DNA of 57,897 nucleotides, the filler included, from Asterionella formosa (taxonomy: Eukaryota): NCBI GenBank assembly GCA_002256025.1. It is 8 parts of 8 records of this genome, joined end to end, with 100 filler letters (N's around TTAATTAATTAA, not from the genome) between each part and the next. Parts side by side here need not be neighbours in the genome. Positions count along the whole stretch, not along the records: positions 1 to 7,162 come from NKIB01012510.1; positions 7,263 to 14,423 come from NKIB01012511.1; 6 more parts are not named here. One strand, given 5' to 3'. The position numbers were made by a program, and so were the translations under genes. Shown piece by piece: positions 1-10,100 of this stretch (its first letter is position 1; every line of letters begins with the position of its first letter). The notes under the pieces were generated by a model, which saw only the letters and a list, made by a program, of their open reading frames with translations, had not been told where the DNA came from and made no database searches.

Positions 1-282
1 GTAGTCTACCAGGATACTTGGTACTCCTCCCTATGTCCGACCCCATCGACTACCGGTATCATGATTACATAAATTAAACCTGATTTAGGTACCTGGTACC
101 TGGTACAAAGTACAAGGTACTCCCTCCTACCTAACTAATGGCCATCCATACGTTTGACTTGATGTATACCAATCGTGCCGTCGCTGCCTTCCCTTTGCTT
201 CCTTGCTTGCTCCACTTCTCGTGTTTGCTCTCACACGGCAACTACTTCCATCATCGTCAGTATTTCCAAGCTTGATTGATTG

Positions 283-858
283 ATGATGATGATTAGGACG
301 GCCCTATCCAATAACTTGATCCGTCGAACGAGTTGCCTTTCCCTTCAGAAATGTAACTATAGAGGAGATTCCGGAGAAGCAATGCAACATAATCTGTCGA
401 AAAAGGAACAAGATCTCGTGACAATCGCCCTTCCTCGTGCGGAGAAAATCATGGAACGCCACATCCGGCTACCAGACCTCAACAAAATTCCTCCGGGATC
501 ACTTAGTGGTGGAATAAATGGGGAAGAGCTTGAATTGGAAGTTCGTAAGAAGCGTTTGGTCTATCGATCCAAGCAACGCGGTTGGCTTGAGGTTGACCTA
601 CTGCTTGGGACCTGGGCGAACATGAATGTTCCATCCCTGAGTGCTTCAGATCTTGATGAATTTGAAGATTTTGTGAATATGGAAACAATTGATATTTACA
701 ATATTATTACTCTTCGTTTGGATGTACCAGAGGAGCTCAAGCGAGAAGATGGAAATGGGGTGGTGGAGAGAATTCAAGCCTGGGCTAGAGAAAGTCCACT
801 TGGGAAGGCAGATCCCGAGATTTATGAATCTGTAAAGAAGGATAACAATTTGATTTGA
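283..858 (+). CDS. SDHAF2: Succinate dehydrogenase assembly factor 2 (Sdh5/SdhE family), mitochondrial
   Basis: Motif RKKRLVYRSKQRGWLEVDLLLG is the Sdh5 signature (RG..E.D.LL). The N-terminus is R/S-rich like a mitochondrial presequence. First ATG is at 283; the ORF track started at TTG 280. Confidence 0.9.
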   Translation: MMMIRTALSNNLIRRTSCLSLQKCNYRGDSGEAMQHNLSKKEQDLVTIALPRAEKIMERHIRLPDLNKIPPGSLSGGINGEELELEVRKKRLVYRSKQRGWLEVDLLLGTWANMNVPSLSASDLDEFEDFVNMETIDIYNIITLRLDVPEELKREDGNGVVERIQAWARESPLGKADPEIYESVKKDNNLI

Positions 859-1364
859 GTTTGATTTAATTTTACTAGGGCATGTGCCATGATTGCTACC
901 GGTAGTTCTCTCTCTGGTGCCGTCGTGCTTACTTCGCCTGTTACCCCACATGTAGGTTTCACCTGTGACCGAAGTTTACGCCCCTTCATGGCAGAATTGG
1001 CCACCTTCGTTAAATGCAAATGCTTTGCATGATGTGCATTATCAGTAGTGCATTACTAGAAGCGTATCATCAGTATATGTGCACACATAAAAAATACTAA
1101 CGTGTTATTCGTATTTATGGTCTACGATACCAGGGTACTGTACCAGGATACGCACCGGTACCAGACGAGTTTCATTCCTTGTTTTCAACTTCTCATGTGG
1201 CTATTCGCTCCTAACATACCGGTACCCGTACTGGATGTACTGACGAACCGGTAAACGTAACGGCACACAGAATAATAGCGGTATTGCCGGTATGATCTTG
1301 CTTTACGCACACCATCATATGAATCAATTCCTTCATCATGACCACCACAGCAGCTCCATGATCC

Positions 1365-1943
1365 ATGATGACAGAGAAACAAAAGATGCTCGCAGGGGAG
1401 CTCTACTTTGCCTTTGATCCAGAATTGGTAAGAGATCGAACAAAAGCGAAGCAGCGTTGCTTTGAACTTAACCAAATAGCGCCATTGGATATTGAGAAAA
1501 AGAAGGAACTCACGAAGCTTATACTGGGAGTTGATGACGCTTACCTAGAGTCTCCCTTTTTCTGCGACTATGGCTACAATATAAAGGTGGGGAAGAATTT
1601 TTATGCCAACCATAACTGTACTATTTTGGATGGAAACGCTATCACTATTGGAGATAATTGCTTGATTGCACCAAACGTCTGTATTTCAGCGGCGACGCAC
1701 CCACTTGATGCCACCTCCCGCAGTAGAGGCGACGAATATACCAGGCCGATAACCATTGGGAACAATTGTTGGCTTGGGGCCAGCTCAACCATATGTCCAT
1801 CAGTATCGATCGGTAACAACGTGGTCGTCGGGGCTGGGGCTGTAGTAACACGAGACATGCCTGATAACGTCGTCTGTGCTGGGGTTCCGGCCAAGATTAT
1901 TCGTCAATTAGGCGAAAATGGCACACATAATAGCGAATCATAA
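1365..1943 (+). CDS. maa: Maltose/galactoside O-acetyltransferase (Mac domain + hexapeptide LbH repeats)
   Basis: MTEKQKMLAGELY, PFFCDYGYNIKVGKNFYANHNCTILD, ATHPLD, IGNNCWLG and VVGAGAVVTRD motifs. Intronless. Confidence 0.92.
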   Translation: MMTEKQKMLAGELYFAFDPELVRDRTKAKQRCFELNQIAPLDIEKKKELTKLILGVDDAYLESPFFCDYGYNIKVGKNFYANHNCTILDGNAITIGDNCLIAPNVCISAATHPLDATSRSRGDEYTRPITIGNNCWLGASSTICPSVSIGNNVVVGAGAVVTRDMPDNVVCAGVPAKIIRQLGENGTHNSES

Positions 1944-2100
1944 GTAATGTATATACATTTAGAAGCTCTTGACTTTTGCGTATTTCTGGAAAATAGTGAA
2001 TGTTGCATGGCTTGCTTGACAGTATTGAGTCAGTATGCAAAGCTAACTGCTGGTATCCAAATGGGGCTACTATCTCTCTTCGTACTAACATTCCATGTTA

Positions 2101-3371
2101 CTAGTTCATCCTTTCGATTACAACCGCGGACGCTCCTCCACCGCCATTACAGATCGATGCACAACCGATACTTGCATCTTTATGCTTCAACACATCATAT
2201 AGCGTTCCAATTATGCGAGCTCCGCTCATTCCGATAGGATGACCAAGAGCCACTGCACCACCAAAGACATTCACTCTTTCATGATTCAACCCCAAAAGCT
2301 TCATGTTGGCCAAAGCCACCACACTGAAAGCCTCATTTATTTCGTGGTAGTCGACATCAGATGCAACTAGACCCGCGTTCAACAGTGCAACAGGAACCGC
2401 CAACGACGGAGCAGTCGAGAAGTCAACGGGGGCTCCAGCTGCATCACCAAAGCCACGAATTCTAGCCAATGGCTTAACACCCAACTCATTTGCATAATCT
2501 TCTGTCATGATGACCATAGCAGCTGCTCCATCGTTCAAAGAACTTGCGTTGGCGGCTGTCACAGTTCCATTCTTGTCAAAAGCTGGTTTTAGAGTTCTAA
2601 GTTTGTCAAGGTCAAGAGCAGCCGGTTCTTCATCTTCGCTGAAAAATATTGGAGAACCACGGCGTTGAGGGACTTCTACGTGGACAATTTCTTCAAACAC
2701 GCCACTCTTGATTGCTTCGGTCGCTCGCCTATATGACTCCAGAGCATACGCGTCCTGGTCTTCTCGACTAAAACCGTAATCCCGAGCACACTTTTCGCCA
2801 CACATTCCCATGTGCTGATCTGAATAACAGTCCCAAAGCCCATCGTGAATGATACCATCCAGTAGCTTTGCATGTCCCAGCATAGTTCCTGATCTAGAAT
2901 TGGGTAAATAATGTGGAATATTACTCATGCTCTCCATGCCTCCAGCCAGCACAGCAAACTTTGGTTCACTGGAACACATCAAGGTCTGGCATGATAGCAT
3001 GACTGATTTCATTCCTGAAACATGGGGGAGAAGACTTTAGTGGGACATTGTTTCCCTGGAACTCTGCAATCGAAAACAAAAATAGAAAACGTACCCGAGG
3101 CGCAAACTTTGTTGACGGTCGTACAAATGGTTGCTTCCGGCATTCCTGCACCGAGAACTGCTTGTCGAGCAGGAGCTTGCCCGATTCCAGCCGAGACCAC
3201 GTTGCCAAGATAGGCTTCTCGAATGAACACGTCGCTCTCCGTGGGAAGCCTAGCTAGTGCTCCCTTGATGGCAACTGACCCAAGCTGGGGCGCCGTTATG
3301 GACGCCAGAGATCCTCGGAACTTGGCGATTGGCGTGCGGGCGATACTAGCAATGACAATCGACTTTGACAT
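2101..3371 (-). CDS. ACAT: Acetyl-CoA acetyltransferase (thiolase II); 2 exons: 3371-3095 and 3014-2101
   Basis: ARTPI; catalytic NKVCASG|MKSV restored by an 80-nt GT-AG intron at 3094-3015; NEAF, GHPIG and CNGGGG motifs. Confidence 0.95.
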
Positions 3372-5280
3372 GTTTACCGAGCAATGCGAGATTGCGTTCT
3401 ATGTTGTGTAATGGCAGTGGTCGCAATCCCACCAAGATTTTTAACATTGTGATCCTCACAACTCATGACATGAATTTCTTAACAAATTAGTTCTTATTCG
3501 AAAGCATCACTGAGATTCAATCTGTGCATATATATATACATCATTTCATGATTTGTATTCGAAGCCCATTCTAGCATCTATAGGAAATTCTGGGATTCTG
3601 ACGAAACATGTGTACCGGTATTGTTACCGGTACGCGGCTGTAGCCGCTTTGCCTAGGACTCCTGTTAACTACACAACTCTTTTGTCGTGGGCTAAGGACC
3701 GGTAGACACCTTGTGTAGGTGGTAATGCTGGTTGATGGTGAGATGGTGGGTTTACTAAGTAGGGTTTCCGACACCTTTGTACCCACCGTACACAGAGTCC
3801 GTAGACTAGGTTTCCGGGTGGATGGGTGTGGTTTATGCTTTTATCAGATGACCATTTTGGTGTATTAACACGATGTTATCCTTCCATAAGCTCCTGAGCT
3901 TGTTTTCGTAGTCAGCACTGCTCGAGCCAGTCTTCAAGGTTGCTTCCGAAGTCAGCCGTTTTGATGAAAAAATGATTCTTTTCTCTTTTCAACTGCCGGA
4001 GGTTGAGGTGTTTGGCTGGTGCTGGCTGGGAAGTACTGCCATATCTTTGCTACATCACTCACATCCCAGGCTACAATTCTTGTTAAAAAATCTACTGACA
4101 AGTTGCAGTCATTTTACTGAAATTGATGACGTGACTCAGGGCACGCGTTTATTTACATAGAAAACGTCATCAATTCACTCTTTAAAATCGTCTGTATGCA
4201 TGGTGATCACCACTTAGTGACGTCCTAGGTTTTATGCTAATTTTTTCTTCAAAATAATGCAACGTCAAGAAAACACAACAACTACTGGGGTAATAGAGGG
4301 GCGGCCCAAAGCAAAAGTTAGCAATAGTAAGTACCGGTAAAAGTACTCCAGTAAGCTATAGTAGCACTAGGCAAAAGTAAGCAAGTCTTGCTTACATTGC
4401 TTTATTCTCTCCAAACTCAAAATCGCTCTCCTTTTCTGGCCGAAGTGATGAAAACAACCTATCTTAATCAACGGTTTTCAGAGTCGTTGGGATTGGAAAT
4501 TTGTAACTGCCGGGATTATCATAGCAATGACCCGATATAACTATTATAAACTACTGCATCTACAACGCCGATTACTGGTACAGCCGCCACAAAAAAGACG
4601 CTAGTCAAATATGATCACCCAAATTAATTATTTGGGTGGCCCAATATGACGAATTTAGCTACGTACATAATTTAAGGGTATGACATCACAAAAAAATACG
4701 ATGCATCATACAATATATATGGACGGAGTGAACTAAAATAGTTTTGACAACTTCCATAATTATTTTAGAAACCCACATAATTTTTGGGGCCAACTGACAA
4801 TATTTTCTGGCGACACGAAGAAAAATTTGTTCAGTAATAATCTCTATAATACGGTACTTTTCTCTACAATTCGCAACATTTCCGTTCACAAATATTCTTC
4901 ACTCTGACTACCATTAATTCTGTTAGTTTGCTCCCATTTTATCTTTACTTTGATCACATTAATACCTCAAGGTTAAACAAATATATATGCTAGTCAAACA
5001 AATAATTAGCTATGTGTAACCAATTCATTTTTTCAATTTCATTCTACAATCGCAAAATCAATCAAATTAATCGCTTTGCTATCTAGTTTTTATTGATACT
5101 TTCTATAGAACGTGATTCTCAAACCAATACAACAAGCAATGGATGTTCATTCTTGCAGCTGGATGCTGTAACTAATAGCAAGATTGCTTGTCTACTCATA
5201 GTACTTGCAGGAATCCCTGTTACTACTACCGGTAGATCAATTCATTGGAAATGAGCCGGCTGCTCATTCTCATTGCTTGG

Positions 5281-6285
5281 ATTGGTTGTCTTTTGTAGAA
5301 AGAGGGAAACATTTGCAGAGTGAGTTGATGAGAAAAAAGTTACGAAGCCATGATTTCGGTTCTGCTGTGCTCCTTACCATGTTCCCCAATGGCCAAACCA
5401 GCCCTGATCATATGATTGTCTGCGATCAGTGAACAACAATCGCAGAGTGAGTTCATGAACAAACAATCGTTACAAAGGCATCATTTTCGTTGTGCTTAGC
5501 TACCATGCCGCAGCCTGATTCCCAACAAATCTCTCGCTCAACAGATTGATTGTTTGTAGACAAAGAACAGCGTTTGCAGAGTAAGTTCGTGATCAACAAG
5601 CAAGTAACAAGCACACAATCAAGCCCTTTATATAATTCATTACAAAAAGCAATTCATGCGCTAACAATTCCGAACAAAGACGAAGGAGAATAGGAGAGGA
5701 GATCCGCCCACAACAAGCAACAGCAAACAGTATCAAGCAACAAAAGGCAAGAAAACATTGCACTTGCTTATCATGTATATTATTGTCCCCTTTGCACCAG
5801 AGGAATTGTTTCGACAATGCGAAAAACAAATGATCGATAGCCTGCCTGACACAGAGCACGACACATTTCATTCTTCCCAAGGTTCAACCCTGCCCTGCCA
5901 AAAACAGTTTGATTGTCCGTAGGAAAAGAACAAGGTTCACAGAGTAAGTTCATGACTTGACCACTGTTCCAAATACAAACGGAACAAGCAAGCAAGAGGA
6001 AAAACAAAATGGAGGTAGAGGAACTACAACAACAATCAAACATAGTTCCGAACACAGTCGAAGAACATGATGGTGCAGAGCAACAAGAGGAACAACAACA
6101 ACAATGTAACACACAACCTGTCTTCATTTTCCAAAATATTTCTCGAACTTTCAGATGCATCCTTTCTGTACTACTACTGACGAGGAATAACAAAACAATT
6201 GCCTGTCTGTTTCTTCCAGAACCGGCCCGCAACTGAGTCCTCGTTATGTTCTGGAAGCGACGAACATGACTCACAGAGTAAGATC
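5281..6285 (+). repeat. Degenerate dispersed repeat of 5 units, each with a 21-nt core ending in CAGA and followed by GT(A/G)AG; micro-exon-like
   Basis: Cores at 5299-5319, 5426-5446, 5560-5580, 5923-5943 and 6257-6277. Three are preceded by a TAG acceptor (TTGTAG or CCGTAG). Confidence 0.65.
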
Positions 6286-7162
6286 ATAGCTGTTTAAACT
6301 CACATAAGACCTTTTTCCATTTCTTAACAAACAATTCATATTCAGTTCAAACGGAGGGCAAAGAACAAGCAAGAGAAGGGTAGACATACAGGCACAGTAA
6401 CCACGATGCACCACTAGCCAGCTCCTTGTTTCCAACAATAAGATCCAAAAGGATAACAGCAGAAACAACATCAACAACGACAACAACAACGACAAGAATA
6501 ACAATAACCACAATGCATAATGCATTTTACCACAAAAGTTATAATTTATTCCTTCACCACGTTCTAGCCAGTAGCTGTTTTCCATTCAAAGAAAACTGGC
6601 GCGGAAGGTCCTCCTCCTATACCTTTGCTTTGTACTAGCCATGTGTACATTCTACATAACAAAAAGCTGGCGCGCAGTCTATACTTTGTCAGTATACTTT
6701 TTGGCAAGCAATGCAGACCTCACGAAAATCTGACGAACATGGTGAATCGTCACAATTTTCAACGTTGCGATTTGCAAAAGGATAGTACCAGTAATGCCGC
6801 TAGATTGCACTACATAGGATGTCTGAATTAATTCAACTATTTTTCCCACCTTTTCGGAGCGTCTATAAGCAAAACTAACGCTACAATGAAGACTCCAACA
6901 GGGAAAATATCTAGCTGTAGCAAATCTATCGATTATGCGAATTTTTTTACACAGAAATAGCTATTGCATGTATTCGCGTTCATCTGATGATCATGTCATT
7001 GTAGTCGGCCTGAGTAGAAAATAAGAGCTGCAACCAAAGCTATTTCTTTTCGGAAAGGCTACAATTTGTCTACAATGATTAATTTATCAAATGAAATTCG
7101 GTTAACAAATCAAATCAAAAGAAACGTTGGTAGATATGTTTTATATATACTGGCACCCGTAG

Positions 7163-7262
7163 NNNNNNNNNNNNNNNNNNNNNNNNNNNNNNNNNNNNNN
7201 NNNNNNTTAATTAATTAANNNNNNNNNNNNNNNNNNNNNNNNNNNNNNNNNNNNNNNNNNNN
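7163..7262. other. Artificial scaffold spacer (N44-TTAATTAATTAA-N44)
   Basis: 100-nt six-frame-stop linker. Identical spacers at 14424-14523, 21684-21783, 28937-29036, 36187-36286, 43430-43529 and 50665-50764. Confidence 0.98.
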
Positions 7263-7594
7263 GTTCATAATCATTCAATTAAGAGTTTACAGGAGAGAAG
7301 AAACCATTCGAACTTGTAATGTTTCCGCACACAGCGCACAAAGTATATCCGTTTCGTCCACTTCAGCATGACAATCTCGCCAATCAACCCATAAACAAAC
7401 ACATTCTACTTGTTCTCGTTGAAATTTTCAATTCTCACATGATACTACATCTACTATTGAGATTCAGCATAGAAGGAGATACGAAAATGTGCGTAACAGA
7501 CTACTGTCCACATAGCTATAGTTATAGAATGATTCTGATTAGAACGCATTTCATTTTCATATCGCTCGCTCGTTTCTGCACTTGAATTAACTAT

Positions 7595-8020
7595 TGAACT
7601 TGTCCGCATCTTTGATACCATCAAGAGAGCGAAAGCAAGTGGCTCTTTTCATTGTTGTTTGCTCGTAGGAAGAATTTGATATCTGTATCGTCATTTGCTT
7701 GTTGGAATGGTCCGTTGCCTCAAACTTGCTTGGCGTGTGCGTGCACACACTGTCGACTTGTTTTCAATGGTATGTTGTTCTTGTATTCACTGTTGAACTT
7801 GTCCGTATCTTTGTTACCATCAATAGAGCGACAAGTGGGTCTCTTCATTGTTGTTTGCTCCTGGAAAAGTCGGTTTCCGTGTCATCCTCATCAATAGAGA
7901 GACAAGTTCTTTCGTTGGAAAAATTGGTACACGTGGTATCATCATTCGCTCGTTGGAACCACTGTCCGTTGCCTCAAACCTGATTAGCGTTTGAGTACCG
8001 GTATGTGCACCGTCGACTTT
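7595..8020. repeat. Diverged ~200-bp direct duplication
   Basis: TGAACTTGTCCG(C/T)ATCTTTG...CATTGTTGTTTGCTC...GTCCGTTGCCTCAAAC occurs from about 7595 and again from about 7794. Confidence 0.75.
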
Positions 8021-8682
8021 TGTACATTACAGGCGGAGTGACTTCGCTACTAAATTGCGTGATATAATAATATACCCTGTAGCACAATGCAGAATACAGT
8101 TGCTTCCCAATCATCTCATCATAATTGATAAGATGATACTGTGATATCATGATAAGGTTACATCGATGCATACATCACCAAAGTATGATGGGTAATAATG
8201 AATAAAGTGCATCACAGAACTATGATACACTGATCATAAAATTATGATGATTTTATAAAATGTTTATGATATAATTTTGATCAAAATATGATTATGTTAA
8301 AATAATACAATGATAATAAAATACGATAAAATATGTACACAAGTGTTACCAAGACATCATAGAAAATAAATCAAGCAATCATAAAGTATGTTAATTAGTA
8401 TATGTGTTTGTCGTTTAATGTATACAGTTAGAGTCAACAGTTAATATGATAGTATTATACAGTGCATAGGATCTAAGTATACGGATGCGTTGATATGTAC
8501 ATCACTATAATATGATTTGTGATATGGATTGATGCATATCACATACCGGTATCCTCAACAACCGGCCATCACGTTCATTGTCGTGTCGTCTTCCCTTGTT
8601 TTAGCTATATACCGGTATATGCCAGCATGTGTATTGTGTAAACACTACGCTGGCGGAACATGCATATTACACTGTGCTCTGT

Positions 8683-8866
8683 TTAACAAGGAATTGTAGC
8701 AAGTGTTGGTCGATCAATAGGCGAAATCACTGGAGAAACAGATGTAATAGGACCCACTGTGATTGGGCTAGGAGAAGCGACTGGAGATACAGAAGAAACT
8801 GGGGGTGCATCAGGAGGAAGTGTAGCAAGTGTTGGTCGATCAATAGGCGAAATCACTGGAGAAAGC
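8683..8866 (-). pseudogene. Pro/Ser/Thr-rich (mucin-like) coding fragment with a ~44-bp direct repeat, fused to the PGRL1 fragment
   Basis: TGTAGCAAGTGTTGGTCGATCAATAGGCGAAATCACTGGAGAAA at about 8695 and 8821. The minus strand reads SPVISPIDRPTLAT twice. Confidence 0.5.
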
Positions 8867-9553
8867 AATGAATTTATCAGGGAAGAGAAGCTCCTCTGTA
8901 ATAAATTTAAATCCGGTGTAGAGGAACGGAGTGCCAATGAGGAGGAAGAACAACGGGTTGATTCTCAACACAGTCGACAAGAGTTCGAAACCAATACCAA
9001 GCCAAACACTCGTGAGAACAATAATGGCGGGAAGGTAGAGAAGATTTGATCTGAATTGGTATTCTTTCAATGTGACAGTGCAAATTCCAGTGTCGATGTA
9101 GCATTTTGGAGATGTTGACACTGCAAACTTCGATCCAGTTTCCTTGAGCTCCGTCTTCAATGCATCAAACTCAGCATCTGGCATCATTGGTTCACCTTTC
9201 AAGTATGCCTGCATGGCGGCGAGATATGTGTCTTCCTTTCGGTTCATGACAACCATGTCAGATCCGTTCCATTGCAAATCTTCCTTCAGTAGGTCAATCT
9301 CGTCATCCTTGAGCATTTGCCTTCCAGTGGCATAGTAGGACTGAAACGCGTCCAGAAAGATACGCTCCTTTTCAACTACTGTGAGACGAATGAGTTCCCC
9401 ACTTTCCGGTTCGACGACACAGTATTTCTCGTCAGGAATGCATTCTTCTTCCTGCAAGTTAGTCTCAAAGAATCGTCCAGACTTGGCGTCGTAAGCGATT
9501 TCTCTCGTTCCGCTCGTAATGGTGATCTTTTCGTCGCTTCCTTCTTCGGCCAT
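8840..9553 (-). pseudogene. PGRL1: PGR5-like protein 1 (PGRL1) fragment; lacks the targeting peptide and the C-terminal CxxC region
   Basis: EKERIFLDAFQSYY..GRQMLKDDEIDLLKEDLQWNGS..YLAAMQAYLKGEPMMPDAEFDALKTELKETGS matches the PGRL1 core, followed by two TM segments. Homology ends abruptly at PDKFIA, where GPCP..C would be expected. Confidence 0.8.
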
Positions 9554-9649
9554 TAATAGTGGACCAGCAACACGACCAGCTGTTGTCGTTGTCTTCCTTA
9601 AAGTTCGATGATCTTAAATTCATTTACCTGTACTGTCCCGCTTTAGTAG

Positions 9650-10100
9650 CAGCAGTCATAGACATATGGTGTTCTATTGCTTGCTTATTACTCCGAGTAC
9701 CGGTACCGCTTGTCAGTGTCACAATCATACAATCCTAAAACTATGATGATTTACTATGGTGTGATATTGCTTGCTTATTAGTCCGACTACGGCTTTTCAG
9801 TTTCACGATTATACAATCCTAAAACTATGATGATTTACTGTCTAACTGCAGTGTGCTATGGTAGCAACAGTTCTGAACATATGGTTTTCTATTGAATTAT
9901 AATTTTATGATTATACAATCCTAAAATTATGATGATTTACTGTCCCACTGTAATTGCAACAGTCATGAACATATGGTGTTCTTTTGGTTTTTAGTTTTAC
10001 GATCATACGATCCTAAAACTATGATGATCTACTTTCCCACTGCGGTAGCAACAGTCCTGAACATATGGTGTTCTGTTGCTAGTTTACTACTCCGACTACC
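9650..10100. repeat. Tandem array of about 4 diverged 85-100-bp AT-rich units
   Basis: Core ATACAATCCTAAAACTATGATGATTTAC at about 9727, 9810, 9912 and 10004, with linked CAACAGT..TGAACATATGGTGTTCT motifs. Confidence 0.85.

Noticed and set aside
3634..3657. Helitron 3' end (hairpin + CTAG)
   Set aside because: The hairpin is too close to CTAG, the next base is G rather than T, and no matching 5' TC end was identified.
7207..7218. TTAATTAATTAA recurring every ~7.25 kb as a biological periodic repeat
   Set aside because: It is an artificial six-frame-stop linker inside N spacers.
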